Below are positions 18,054-29,318 of a stretch of 64,000 nucleotides of DNA, piece after piece (position 1 is the first letter of the stretch; each line of letters starts with the position of its first letter). A model generated the notes under the pieces. That model made no database searches, was not told where the DNA came from, and saw nothing but the letters and a program-made list of their open reading frames with translations. Origin of the DNA: Dehalococcoidia bacterium (lineage in GTDB: Bacteria > Chloroflexota > Dehalococcoidia > Lucifugimonadales > HRBIN23); the NCBI GenBank assembly GCA_025060295.1, contig JANXCH010000011.1, positions 87,904 through 151,903 of the forward strand. The letters are read 5' to 3'. A program made the position numbers and the translations under genes.

Positions 18054-20720
18054 CTACCCCCTCTCCCAACCTTTCCTTCCCGGCGTCCCCAGGGGGGGAG
18101 GGCGTCCCGCCGGTGGCGCCGCGGGGAACAGGGCGCGCGCCTTGCTCTGCAGGTGATACAGAAAGGTCAACGCCTCTAAGGGGGTGATGTTGTGCAGGTC
18201 CAGCGCCAACACCTCCTGGAGCAGGGAGTCCCCAACCCCGGCGAACAGGGAAAGTTGCTGGGCGGTGCCGTCCCGGCGCGCGGGGCGCTCCAACGTGGGG
18301 GTGGCAAGGGCAGACCGCTTCTCCTCCAAGCTGCGGAGCACCTCCCAAGCCCTCTGCACCACCCCTCGGGGCATCCCCGCCAACTGGGCCACATGCACCC
18401 CATAACTGCGGTCGGCCTTGCCCGGCACGATGCGGTGCAGGAACACCACCTTCCCCCCCTCCTCCTGCACCTGCACTGTATAGTTGCGCAAGCGGGGCAA
18501 AACCCCCTCCAGGGCTGTGAGTTCGTGGTAGTGGGTGGCGAACAGGGTGCGACACCCCAAACGGGGATGGTTGTGCAGATACTCCAACACCGCCTGGGCG
18601 ATGGCCAGGCCGTCATAGGTGCTGGTGCCCCGCCCCACCTCGTCCAGGAGCACCAGGGAGCGAGCCGTGGCGTGATGCAGGATGTGGGCCGTTTCCACCA
18701 TCTCCACCATAAAGGTGGATTGCCCTTCGGCCAAATCATCCTGCAGGCCAATGCGGGTAAAGAGGCGGTCCACCAGCCCGATGCGCGCCTCCTGGGCGGG
18801 CACGAAACTCCCCACCTGGGCCATCAGCACCATCAATGCCACCTGGCGAATGTAGGTGGACTTCCCGCTCATGTTGGGGCCGGTCAGGAGCAGAATCTGG
18901 TTTTGGCGCGTGTCCAGGAGGGTGTCGTTGGGAACGAAGGCCCCCGGGGGCAACACCTGCTCCACCACCGGGTGCCGTCCCCCTTTGATGTGAATCACGG
19001 GCGCTTCATCCAGGATGGGGCGCACATACCCATGCCGCTGGGCCGCCTCGGCAAAGGACGCCAGCACATCCACCTCGGCCACCGCCTGGGCCGTCTCCAG
19101 GATGCGGGGGGCCATCTCCCCCACCTGCCGACACACCTGCCGAAACAGGAAGGACTCCAGCTCGGCGATACGCTCCTGGGCGTTGAGAATCAGCGCCTCA
19201 TACTCCTTCAGCTCGGGGGTGATGAAGCGCTCCGCATCAGTCAGCGTCTGGCGGCGAATGTAATGGGGCGGGACTTTGGCCAGGTTGGGCTTGCTCACCT
19301 CAATGTAGTAGCCGAACACCTTGTTGAACCCCACCTTCAAGGAGGCGATGCCCGTGCGTTCCCGCTCCTTCTGCTCCAGGCCCGCCAGCACCTCCCGGGC
19401 GTTGCGGGCGGCATAGCGCACCTCGTCCAGATCCTTGGAAAAGCCCTCCTTGATGACGCCTCCCTCGCCCACGGGGGTGGATGCCTCCTCCTCAACAGCG
19501 CGGGCGATGAGGTCTACCGCCTCGGGGCAGAGGTGGATGCGGGCGCACAGGGAGGCGAAGGGAGGAGCCTTCTGCAACACCTCCACCAGGCGGGGGAGGG
19601 CCTCCAGCCCCCGGCGTAGAGCCACCACCTCCCGAGGGGTGGCCATCCCCGCCCGCACCCGATTGAGCAGACGTTCTATGTCCGCTACCTCCTTCAGCAC
19701 CCCCCGCAGGCCCTCCCGCTCCAGGGGGTGCTGCACCAGCCATGCCACCCGATCCAAGCGCTCCTCCAGTTCCTGGATATCTAACAGGGGCTGGGCCAGC
19801 CACTTGCGCAGGAGCCTTCCCCCCATAGGCGTGCGGGTATAGTCCAACACCCCCAGGAGAGACGGCCCCGTGCCTGTGCGCCCCCCCTGGAACACCTCCA
19901 GGTGGCGGCGGGTGCGGGCATCCAGAGGCATATAGCGCTCGGTGGTATAGGTGCGCAGGGAGGTGATAAGGCCCAAGAAGCCCTTCTGGGCACGGGCCAG
20001 GTGAAACAGCACCGCCCCCGCCGCCCGTATAGCCAGGGGGAGGTGGGCACATCCGAAGGCCTCCAGGGTGTGCACCCCCAGGTGGGCCTTCAGGCGCTCG
20101 GTGGCCTCCTCCAGGTCAAAGGCGGGGGCGGGCAGGGGCGTGGTGGCGTTGCCCCCAGGCGGGGGCGGGGCACCCTCGGGCAGAAGGAGTTCGGCCGGCG
20201 CCAGACGCTCCAGTTCCAGCAACGCCTGGGGCCAGGGGCACTGGGTTACGGCAAACTCCCCCGTGCTAATGTCCGCATAGGCCAGACCGGCCGCGTCCCC
20301 CTCCAGCACCAGGGCGCACAGGTAGTTATTCGCCTTCTGGTCCAGCAGGGCGGGCTCCAGCACCGTCCCGGGGGTTACCACCCGCACCACCTCCCGCTCC
20401 ACCAGGCCCTTGGCTGTGGCGGGGTCGCCCAGTTGCTCACAGATGGCGACCTTGAAGCCCTTTTTGATGAGGCGGGCCAGGTAACCCTCCAAAGCATGGT
20501 AGGGGATGCCCGCCATAGGCACCCGATGCCCCTTCCCCATCTCGCGGGCGGTGAGGGTTATTTCCAGTTCGCGGGAGGTGGTATAGGCGTCCTCCCCGAA
20601 GGTCTCGTAGAAGTCCCCCAGGCGAAAGAGGACGATGCAATCGGGGTAGGCGCGCTTGATGCGCTGATACTGACGCCAGATGGGGACGGCCTTCTCCGGG
20701 GTGCCCACCGCTTCCCTCAC
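18054..20720 (-). CDS. mutS: DNA mismatch repair protein MutS
   Basis: 888 aa. Reads ...WRQYQRIKRAYPDCIVLFRLGDFYETF...TGPNMSGKSTYIRQ...LLDEVGRGTSTYDG. Confidence 0.95.
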   Translation of the reverse strand: MREAVGTPEKAVPIWRQYQRIKRAYPDCIVLFRLGDFYETFGEDAYTTSRELEITLTAREMGKGHRVPMAGIPYHALEGYLARLIKKGFKVAICEQLGDPATAKGLVEREVVRVVTPGTVLEPALLDQKANNYLCALVLEGDAAGLAYADISTGEFAVTQCPWPQALLELERLAPAELLLPEGAPPPPGGNATTPLPAPAFDLEEATERLKAHLGVHTLEAFGCAHLPLAIRAAGAVLFHLARAQKGFLGLITSLRTYTTERYMPLDARTRRHLEVFQGGRTGTGPSLLGVLDYTRTPMGGRLLRKWLAQPLLDIQELEERLDRVAWLVQHPLEREGLRGVLKEVADIERLLNRVRAGMATPREVVALRRGLEALPRLVEVLQKAPPFASLCARIHLCPEAVDLIARAVEEEASTPVGEGGVIKEGFSKDLDEVRYAARNAREVLAGLEQKERERTGIASLKVGFNKVFGYYIEVSKPNLAKVPPHYIRRQTLTDAERFITPELKEYEALILNAQERIAELESFLFRQVCRQVGEMAPRILETAQAVAEVDVLASFAEAAQRHGYVRPILDEAPVIHIKGGRHPVVEQVLPPGAFVPNDTLLDTRQNQILLLTGPNMSGKSTYIRQVALMVLMAQVGSFVPAQEARIGLVDRLFTRIGLQDDLAEGQSTFMVEMVETAHILHHATARSLVLLDEVGRGTSTYDGLAIAQAVLEYLHNHPRLGCRTLFATHYHELTALEGVLPRLRNYTVQVQEEGGKVVFLHRIVPGKADRSYGVHVAQLAGMPRGVVQRAWEVLRSLEEKRSALATPTLERPARRDGTAQQLSLFAGVGDSLLQEVLALDLHNITPLEALTFLYHLQSKARALFPAAPPAGRPPPLGTPGRKGWERG

Positions 20721-20728
20721 CTGTGCCC

Positions 20729-20757
20729 ATTATAGCGGGGGTGTGGGCTCCCGACAC
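20729..20757 (-). promoter_or_regulatory. candidate promoter giving a leaderless or near-leaderless mutS mRNA
   Basis: The minus strand has a perfect TATAAT (20734..20729) only 8 nt upstream of the GTG start (20720), with no SD in between. A weak -35 (GTGTCG) sits at a 17-nt spacing. Confidence 0.3.
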
Positions 20758-20768
20758 CCAGAACCCGT

Positions 20769-22361
20769 TTACTTGTGCGGGATGGGCGTAAGGCCCCGGT
20801 GCACTATCCACCACTCCAGGCTGTCCTGCAGGGCCAGCCAGGACGCCTCAATGATATTGGTGGATGCCCCCACCGTGCGCCAGGTGCGCTGGCCGTCGGT
20901 GGACTCCATCAGCACCCGCACCGACGCCCCTGTGCCCGACCCCTGATCCACCACCCGCACCTTGTAGTCCACCAACCGCACCCCCTCCAATTGGGGGTAG
21001 AAGGTTTGCAACGCCTTGCGGACGGCGTTGTCCAGGGCGTTGACGGGGCCGTTGCCCTCGGCGGCTGTATGGAGCACCTGCCCGTTCACCCGCACCTTCA
21101 CCGTCGCCTCGGCCAGCAGGTCGCCCCCGTTCTCGGGGGTGCGCCGGCGCTTCTCCACCACCACCAGAAAGTCCACCAACTCAAAGGGGGGGCGATAGCC
21201 GGGCTGTTCCCTGCGCACCAGCAGTTCAAAGGACGCCTCCGCCTCCTCGTATTGGAAACCCCGCGCCTCCCGCTCCTTCACCACCTCCAAGATGCGGCGC
21301 GCCAGGGCCTCCTCGGCGGGCAGGCCCACCTCCCGCATCTTGTAGAGCACATTCCCCCGCCCCGCCAACTCGGAGACGATGATGCGCTTGGTGTTGCCCA
21401 CCGCCTCGGGCGGAATGTGCTGATAACTCTCCTCTACCTTCATCACCCCCGAGGCGTGCAGGCCCCCTTTGTGCACAAAGGCGCTACTGCCCACATAGGG
21501 CTGAGTGGGGGCAAGGGGGCGGTTCACCACCTCGCTCACCCAGCGGGCTAACGCCGTCAACTGGGGAAGGGATTCATCGGGCACCACCGGTATGCCTAAC
21601 TTCAGGTGCAAAGCTGGAATGAGGGAGACCAGGTTGGCGTTGCCGCACCGCTCCCCATAGCCATTGATGGTGCCCTGCACCTGCACCACCCCCGCCTGCA
21701 CCGCCGCCAGGGCATTCGCCACCGCCAGTTCCCCGTCGTTGTGGGTGTGGATGCCCAGGGGCACGGGCACCTCCCGCCGCACCGCCTGCACAACGGAGGC
21801 GACCTCATGGGGAAGGCTCCCCCCGTTGGTGTCGCACAGCACCACGCAGGCCGCCCCCGCCTCGGCCGCCACCTGGATGCACCGCAGGGCATACTGCCGA
21901 TTGGCCTTCCACCCGTCAAAGAAGTGCTCGGCATCAAAAAAGACCCGCCGCCCCTTGCTCCGCAGGTAGACAATGGAGTCCCGAATCATCGCCAGGTTCT
22001 CCTCCAGGGAGGTCTCCAGCACACGGGTTACATGCAAATCCCACGTCTTGCCCACCAGAGTAACCACGGCGGTTTGGGCTTCCAGCAAGGCGCGGATGTT
22101 GGCGTCCTGCTCCACAGGTGTGTGGGCCTTACGGGTGGAGCCGAAGGCCACCACCGTGGCCTGCTTCAAGGGCAGGTGGCGCACCCGTGCAAAGTACTCG
22201 GCGTCTTTGGGGTTGGAGCCGGGCCACCCCCCCTCAATGTACGGGATGCCGAAGGCATCCAGGCGCTGGGTGATGCGCAATTTATCCTCCACCGACAGGG
22301 CGATGCCCTCCTGCTGGGCGCCGTCTCGTAATGTCGTATCGTACAGGGCGACCTGATACAT
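20769..22361 (-). CDS. cimA: (R)-citramalate synthase / 2-isopropylmalate synthase family
   Basis: Reads MYQVALYDTTLRDGAQQEGIALSVEDKLRI...GIHTHNDGELAVAN. The ~530-aa length and C-terminal regulatory domain are typical of CimA. An AAGGAGG SD is present. Confidence 0.85.
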   Translation of the reverse strand: MYQVALYDTTLRDGAQQEGIALSVEDKLRITQRLDAFGIPYIEGGWPGSNPKDAEYFARVRHLPLKQATVVAFGSTRKAHTPVEQDANIRALLEAQTAVVTLVGKTWDLHVTRVLETSLEENLAMIRDSIVYLRSKGRRVFFDAEHFFDGWKANRQYALRCIQVAAEAGAACVVLCDTNGGSLPHEVASVVQAVRREVPVPLGIHTHNDGELAVANALAAVQAGVVQVQGTINGYGERCGNANLVSLIPALHLKLGIPVVPDESLPQLTALARWVSEVVNRPLAPTQPYVGSSAFVHKGGLHASGVMKVEESYQHIPPEAVGNTKRIIVSELAGRGNVLYKMREVGLPAEEALARRILEVVKEREARGFQYEEAEASFELLVRREQPGYRPPFELVDFLVVVEKRRRTPENGGDLLAEATVKVRVNGQVLHTAAEGNGPVNALDNAVRKALQTFYPQLEGVRLVDYKVRVVDQGSGTGASVRVLMESTDGQRTWRTVGASTNIIEASWLALQDSLEWWIVHRGLTPIPHK

Positions 22362-22374
22362 AGCACCTCCTTAC

Positions 22375-22652
22375 CTGCACACAAAACACAAAGCCCGTCC
22401 CCGAAGGGACGGGCGTTCTTTCCCGCGGTACCACCCTTCTTCCCCTGGGGTTGCCAGGGGCACCTCACCGGGGTGCTATCACACCCCCGCCCGGGTAACG
22501 GTGGGCGCTCCGTCCGCGCCTACTGGGGCCGAAAGCCTGTTCGGGCGGCGGCTCGGGAGGGATATCCACGCCCCCGGTGCGCATCCCCTTCCACCACACG
22601 GGACTCGCTGGGCACACCCGCAGGGCGAGATGTGGCTCCGTCGTCGCCTTTG
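22375..22652 (-). promoter_or_regulatory. T-box riboswitch leader of cimA
   Basis: The minus strand carries the T-box core GGGTGGTACCGCG (22436..22424) in AAGAAGGGTGGTACCGCGGGAAAG, and an F-box CCGTTA (22501..22496). A terminator GCCCGTCCC-TTCG-GGGACGGGC plus TTTGTGTTTTGT (22414..22381) lies just before the SD. The leader is ~290 nt long. Confidence 0.75.
22381..22414 (-). terminator. T-box attenuator terminator
   Basis: A 9-bp GC stem with a TTCG loop is followed by a U-rich tract. The 5' arm can alternatively pair within the antiterminator formed by the T-box sequence. Confidence 0.7.
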
Positions 22653-22658
22653 TTCTCC

Positions 22659-22687
22659 AGAGTACTTCCTCTGCACCCTTGTGTCAA
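22659..22687 (-). promoter_or_regulatory. promoter of the T-box/cimA unit
   Basis: The minus strand reads TTGACA (22687..22682), a 17-nt spacer, then TACTCT (22664..22659). Confidence 0.5.
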
Positions 22688-22697
22688 CCCCCCGCAG

Positions 22698-22726
22698 TTG
22701 ACAACCTGCCCCACACCCCCCATAGT
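22698..22726 (+). promoter_or_regulatory. divergent promoter of the LLM gene
   Basis: TTGACA (22698..22703), a 17-nt spacer, then CATAGT (22721..22726). The two divergent -35 boxes form the inverted repeat GTGTCAAC-N8-GTTGACAA. Confidence 0.45.
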
Positions 22727-22765
22727 GGGGGAAGGGCATCCCCACACCCGTGCCAGGAGGCGGGC

Positions 22766-23668
22766 ATGTTCTTCGGATTGGCAGCACCCCACTTTCGGCA
22801 AGTGGCCTCGGTGGAGGCCCTGCAGAGGGTCGCCCGCGAGGCGGAGGCCTTGGGCTACCACAGCCTTTGGGTAACCGACCACATCCTGCTGCCCAAGCAG
22901 TACCACCAGCGCTTCGGGGCCGAGATGCTGGAGATGGTGCCCGTGCTGGGCTATCTGGCGGCCATCACCCAGCGCATTCGCCTCGGCACCAGCGTGGTCA
23001 TCCTGGCCCATCGCAATCCCATCTTCATGGCGCGGGCGCTGGCCACGGTGGATGTGCTCTCCGGCGGTCGGCTCATCGTGGGGGCGGCAGCGGGGTGGTG
23101 CAAAGAGGAGTTTGAGTTTCTGGGCATCCCCTTTGACCAGCGGGGGGAGATCAGCGACGAGACCCTGCGCATCTACAAGGTGTTGTGGACGCAGGACGAG
23201 CCCCACTTTGAGGGCAAGTTCTGGCGCTTCAGCAACACCCGCGCCGAGCCCAAGCCCGTCCAGAAGCCCCACCCCCCTATCTGGATCGGCGGCAACAGCC
23301 GGCGTGCCCTGCGCCGCGCCATAGAGTTGGGCGATGGCTGGCATCCCACCCGCCCCTCCCCCCAAGACATTCTCGCCGCCCGCCCTATCCTCCAGCGCCT
23401 GGCCGAGCAGAGGGGGCGGCGCTTGGACCACTTCCCCATCGTGGTGCGCCACCCCCTCAAGTTCACCGACACCCCCAGCCCCCAGTTCCCCCTCATCGGC
23501 CCCCCCGACTCCATCCGCCGGGGGATTGAGGAGTTTCAGAAAGCGGGCGTGGACGGCTTTATGCTGGATACCTTCTATAGCGTCCCCGCTGTGGCCCACG
23601 AGACGGTGGACACCATCCTGCGCACCATAGAACGCTTCGCCCGCGAAGTGATGCCCCACTTCCGCTAG
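22766..23668 (+). CDS. LLM-class (luciferase-like) F420-dependent-type oxidoreductase
   Basis: From ATG 22766 (AGGAGG SD 5 nt upstream) it reads MFFGLAAPHFRQVASVEALQRVAREAEALGYHSLWVTDH...RIRLGTSVVILAHRNP...PPIWIGGNSRRALRRAIELGDGWHP. The track N-terminus (22577) runs through the promoter region. Confidence 0.85.
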   Translation: MFFGLAAPHFRQVASVEALQRVAREAEALGYHSLWVTDHILLPKQYHQRFGAEMLEMVPVLGYLAAITQRIRLGTSVVILAHRNPIFMARALATVDVLSGGRLIVGAAAGWCKEEFEFLGIPFDQRGEISDETLRIYKVLWTQDEPHFEGKFWRFSNTRAEPKPVQKPHPPIWIGGNSRRALRRAIELGDGWHPTRPSPQDILAARPILQRLAEQRGRRLDHFPIVVRHPLKFTDTPSPQFPLIGPPDSIRRGIEEFQKAGVDGFMLDTFYSVPAVAHETVDTILRTIERFAREVMPHFR

Positions 23669-23683
23669 AGGCAGGAGCCGGGC

Positions 23684-24160
23684 GTGGCGCGCGGGGTGCT
23701 CATCGCCTTGGGGATAGGCGGAGGCCTCCTGGTGGGTATCGCCGTCCTAGCAGTTCTCCTCACACGGCGGGAGCCTCCTCTGTATCCCCCTACCACTCCC
23801 GAAGGGGTTACCCAGCGCTACCTGCAGGCCCTGGCCCAGGAGCAGTGGGCCGAGGCCTATACCTACCTCGCCCCTGACCTGCAGGCTCGATGCACCCTGG
23901 ATGCGTGGCAAAGCCAGGTGGCCTTTGCCCGCTATACCTTGGAGCAGTCGGCCGTGCTCCTACGGGGAGTGGACTACAGGGACGAAGGGACAGTGGTGGT
24001 GCGGGTGGTTTTCTCCCAACCGGCGCCCCCCCGCCCCTTTCAACTGACGCCCCAGGACTGGACCAGCGAGCACCAGTTCCGTCTGAAGCGCCAGGCGGAC
24101 GGCAGTTGGAAGTTCGCCGTCTTTCCCTGGCCCCTGTGGCCCGAGGGGCAATGCCCCTAG
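23684..24160 (+). CDS. hypothetical membrane-anchored protein
   Basis: 158 aa with a single N-terminal TM segment (LIALGIGGGLLVGIAVLAVLL) and then a soluble domain. I recognise no family. Uses a GTG start with an AGGAG SD. Confidence 0.55.
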   Translation: MARGVLIALGIGGGLLVGIAVLAVLLTRREPPLYPPTTPEGVTQRYLQALAQEQWAEAYTYLAPDLQARCTLDAWQSQVAFARYTLEQSAVLLRGVDYRDEGTVVVRVVFSQPAPPRPFQLTPQDWTSEHQFRLKRQADGSWKFAVFPWPLWPEGQCP

Positions 24161-24170
24161 TGAGGGACTT

Positions 24171-25853
24171 GTGAGCAACGCCCGTCGCCTCTACTTCTAT
24201 AGCGTCGCCTTCATCGCCCTGATGGTATCTGCCAGCGGTGCCACCTCCCTGCTGGGGATGCTCCTGCAACTGGCCCTCGGCGATATCCTGGTGGCGCCGG
24301 GCCGTGCCACCCGGGAGCAGGCCAGTGTCGCCCTGGCCATGCTGGTGGTGAGCGTGCCCCTGTGGGCGGTGCATTGGGGCATCATCCAGCGCTCCGTCCG
24401 CCGCACCCCCGACGAGGCGGGAGCGGTGGTGCGCAAACTGGCCCTCTACGGGGCCTTGGGTCTGGCAGCGGCCATCCTGTTCAGCCAGACCGTTACCGTG
24501 CTGGTGCGGGCTTTCAGGGGCGATGGTGATGCAGTGCTTCTGCTCCCCGCCTATCTCGTCTGGGGTGCGGTGTGGTTCTACCACTGGGGCGTGGAGCGGG
24601 CCGAAGGGCAACCCTCCGCCGGCGCACGCACCATCCGCCGCTGGTACATCTACCTCACCAGTTCCTACGGCTTGGGGGCTCTGGTGGGCGGGAGCATCTT
24701 CGCTTTGGCAGCGCTCCTCACCCGCGCCTACGATGCCCTATTGGCCATGCCCTACCTGGCCCGCCCCGGCCCCTTGTGGGACGCGGGGATGCACCGCGCC
24801 GTGGCGCTGGTCCTGGCGGGGGGAGCGTGGTGGGCCTTCCACGGGCTGGGGATGGCCAAGCACGATACCCCATCCCTCCTGCGGCGGGTCTATCTCTCCC
24901 TTTGGGCGTTGCTGGGGGGTGCAGTCCCGGCGGTAGGCGTTACTGCCTTTGTCCTCTCCCTGGTGCTGGCGTGGGTGCTGGGGGCATCCCCCGCAGGCAC
25001 CATAGAGCACTTCCGCAGTATACCCCGTGTCCTTCCGGCTCTGGGGATTGCCCTGGCCCTGCTGGCGTACCACGGGGGTGTGATGCAGAGGGAATTGGAA
25101 CAGGCGGGGCAAGGCGAAAGCGCCCGGCGGGTCTTGGGCTATGGCCTATCAGCCCTGGGGCTAGCGACCTTGATGGGCGGGATGGTCGCCCTGTGGAGCC
25201 TGCTGTTGGGGCTGGCGACGCTGGGCGGGCCCGCCCCCCTGGTGGGGCCGGACCCTGGGCGGGGCCTGCTGGCCGTGGCCCTGGCCCTTCTGGCCGTGGG
25301 GGGGCCGTTGTGGGCCTCCCAGTGGACACGCCTGCACCGCCGCGCCCACACCGCAGGAGCTCCCGAGCGCTCGGCCCTGGCGCGGCGCATCTTCCTGTAT
25401 GGGGTGCTGGGGGTTTTGGCGGTTCTGGCGTTGACCAACGCTGTCGCCTTCCTTTCCCTCCTCCTACGGGATATCCTCGCGGGACGGGTCGCGTGGGGGT
25501 TCCTAGAGGCAGGGCGCTGGCCCCTGGGGATACTCCTCACCACCCTGCCCCTGCTGGCCTACCATTGGCAGGTCTTGCGGGAGGACCAGCGGGCAGAAGC
25601 CCAAAGGCCCCTGGTACGCAAGACGATAACCCTGGTGGTGGGGGAAAAGGGGCGTCCCCTGCACACCGCCCTGGAACAAGCCCTGGGCACCCGCCTGGAG
25701 GTGCTTTGGGTTGTGGAGACGGAGGGGGAGGAACCCCCCACCCTAACCCCGGAGGCGCTGGACGCCCTGGTGGAGCGCATCCGCACCACCCCTGCCCCGC
25801 GGGTGCTGGTACTGGCCCTGGGCGGCACCATCCGCATCTACCCACGCCCCTAG
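24171..25853 (+). CDS. polytopic membrane protein built from six 2-TM repeats
   Basis: 560 aa. Six RRxYxY-type repeat openings are present: ARRLYFYSV, VVRKLALYG, TIRRWYIYL, LLRRVYLSL, SARRVLGYG, LARRIFLYG. Each is paired with a second TM segment ending in an aromatic-H/W motif: AVHWG, FYHWG, AFHGL, AYHGG, ASQWT, AYHWQ. A ~85-aa soluble tail follows. Confidence 0.65.
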   Translation: MSNARRLYFYSVAFIALMVSASGATSLLGMLLQLALGDILVAPGRATREQASVALAMLVVSVPLWAVHWGIIQRSVRRTPDEAGAVVRKLALYGALGLAAAILFSQTVTVLVRAFRGDGDAVLLLPAYLVWGAVWFYHWGVERAEGQPSAGARTIRRWYIYLTSSYGLGALVGGSIFALAALLTRAYDALLAMPYLARPGPLWDAGMHRAVALVLAGGAWWAFHGLGMAKHDTPSLLRRVYLSLWALLGGAVPAVGVTAFVLSLVLAWVLGASPAGTIEHFRSIPRVLPALGIALALLAYHGGVMQRELEQAGQGESARRVLGYGLSALGLATLMGGMVALWSLLLGLATLGGPAPLVGPDPGRGLLAVALALLAVGGPLWASQWTRLHRRAHTAGAPERSALARRIFLYGVLGVLAVLALTNAVAFLSLLLRDILAGRVAWGFLEAGRWPLGILLTTLPLLAYHWQVLREDQRAEAQRPLVRKTITLVVGEKGRPLHTALEQALGTRLEVLWVVETEGEEPPTLTPEALDALVERIRTTPAPRVLVLALGGTIRIYPRP

Positions 25854-25895
25854 GGAGAACACCCCTCTTTCCCCCAAAACACCCCCGTACCCCCC

Positions 25896-25925
25896 TTGAC
25901 AACCCCGGGGGGATGCGCCTATAGT
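25896..25925 (+). promoter_or_regulatory. 23S rRNA promoter
   Basis: TTGACA (25896..25901), an 18-nt spacer, then TATAGT (25920..25925), ~210 nt upstream of mature 23S. Confidence 0.65.
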
Positions 25926-26061
25926 CATGAGTGGCTGGAGTCCCCGAGGGGGCACTCCAGGAGAGTCACCAACGGATGCAGAGGACCTGAAACCCAAAAG
26001 GCAGGCCACACCACCAGGGGCGGCGGCCCACGCGGTGTGTGGCCGCCGCCTCTGCATCAGA

Positions 26062-26074
26062 GCACCTTAACAAG
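26062..26074 (+). promoter_or_regulatory. boxA-like antitermination motif in the 23S leader
   Basis: GCACCTTAACAAG resembles the rrn boxA core (..CTTTAACAA..). The identical 13-mer occurs in the 16S leader at 52421..52409 on the minus strand. Confidence 0.5.
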
Positions 26075-26133
26075 GGAAGAGGAGCGCCAAGCATCACCAC
26101 AGGGCACAGGCGTGGAGTCTGGGCCCTGCAGTG

Positions 26134-29086
<2,953 letters not shown>

Positions 29087-29129
29087 CACTGCAGGGCCGA
29101 GACCCCACGCCCCCCCTCTTCCCTCCCAT

Positions 29130-29204
29130 CGCGGGGTGGAGCAGCGGCAGCTCGTCGGGCTCATAACCCGAAGGTCGGTGGTTCGAGTCCACCCCCCGCT
29201 ACCA
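29130..29204 (+). tRNA. initiator tRNA-fMet (CAT), CCA encoded
   Basis: Sequence CGCGGGGTGGAGCAGCGGCAGCTCGTCGGGCTCATAACCCGAAGGTCGGTGGTTCGAGTCCACCCCCCGCTACCA. It has a CAT anticodon, three G-C pairs closing the anticodon stem, and an unpaired 1-72 position (C1/U72), all initiator hallmarks. Confidence 0.9.
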
Positions 29205-29216
29205 ACGCCACTTCCC

Positions 29217-29255
29217 ACGGCCCCGCGGATACCCCCACGGGGCCGTCTCTTTTTT
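29217..29255 (+). terminator. intrinsic terminator of the 23S-tRNA unit
   Basis: The stem ACGGCCCCG...CGGGGCCGT is followed by CTCTTTTTT. Confidence 0.7.
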
Positions 29256-29318
29256 CCCCCTTTCCTCCCCTCCGCTATACTACTCTTAAGAAGCACTACA
29301 CCCAGGGGAACATCACCT

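Noticed and set aside
22479-22787. Small ORFs (66-133 aa) in the cimA/LLM intergenic region
   Set aside because: The region is explained by the T-box leader and two divergent promoters. The ORFs have no SD and show biased composition.
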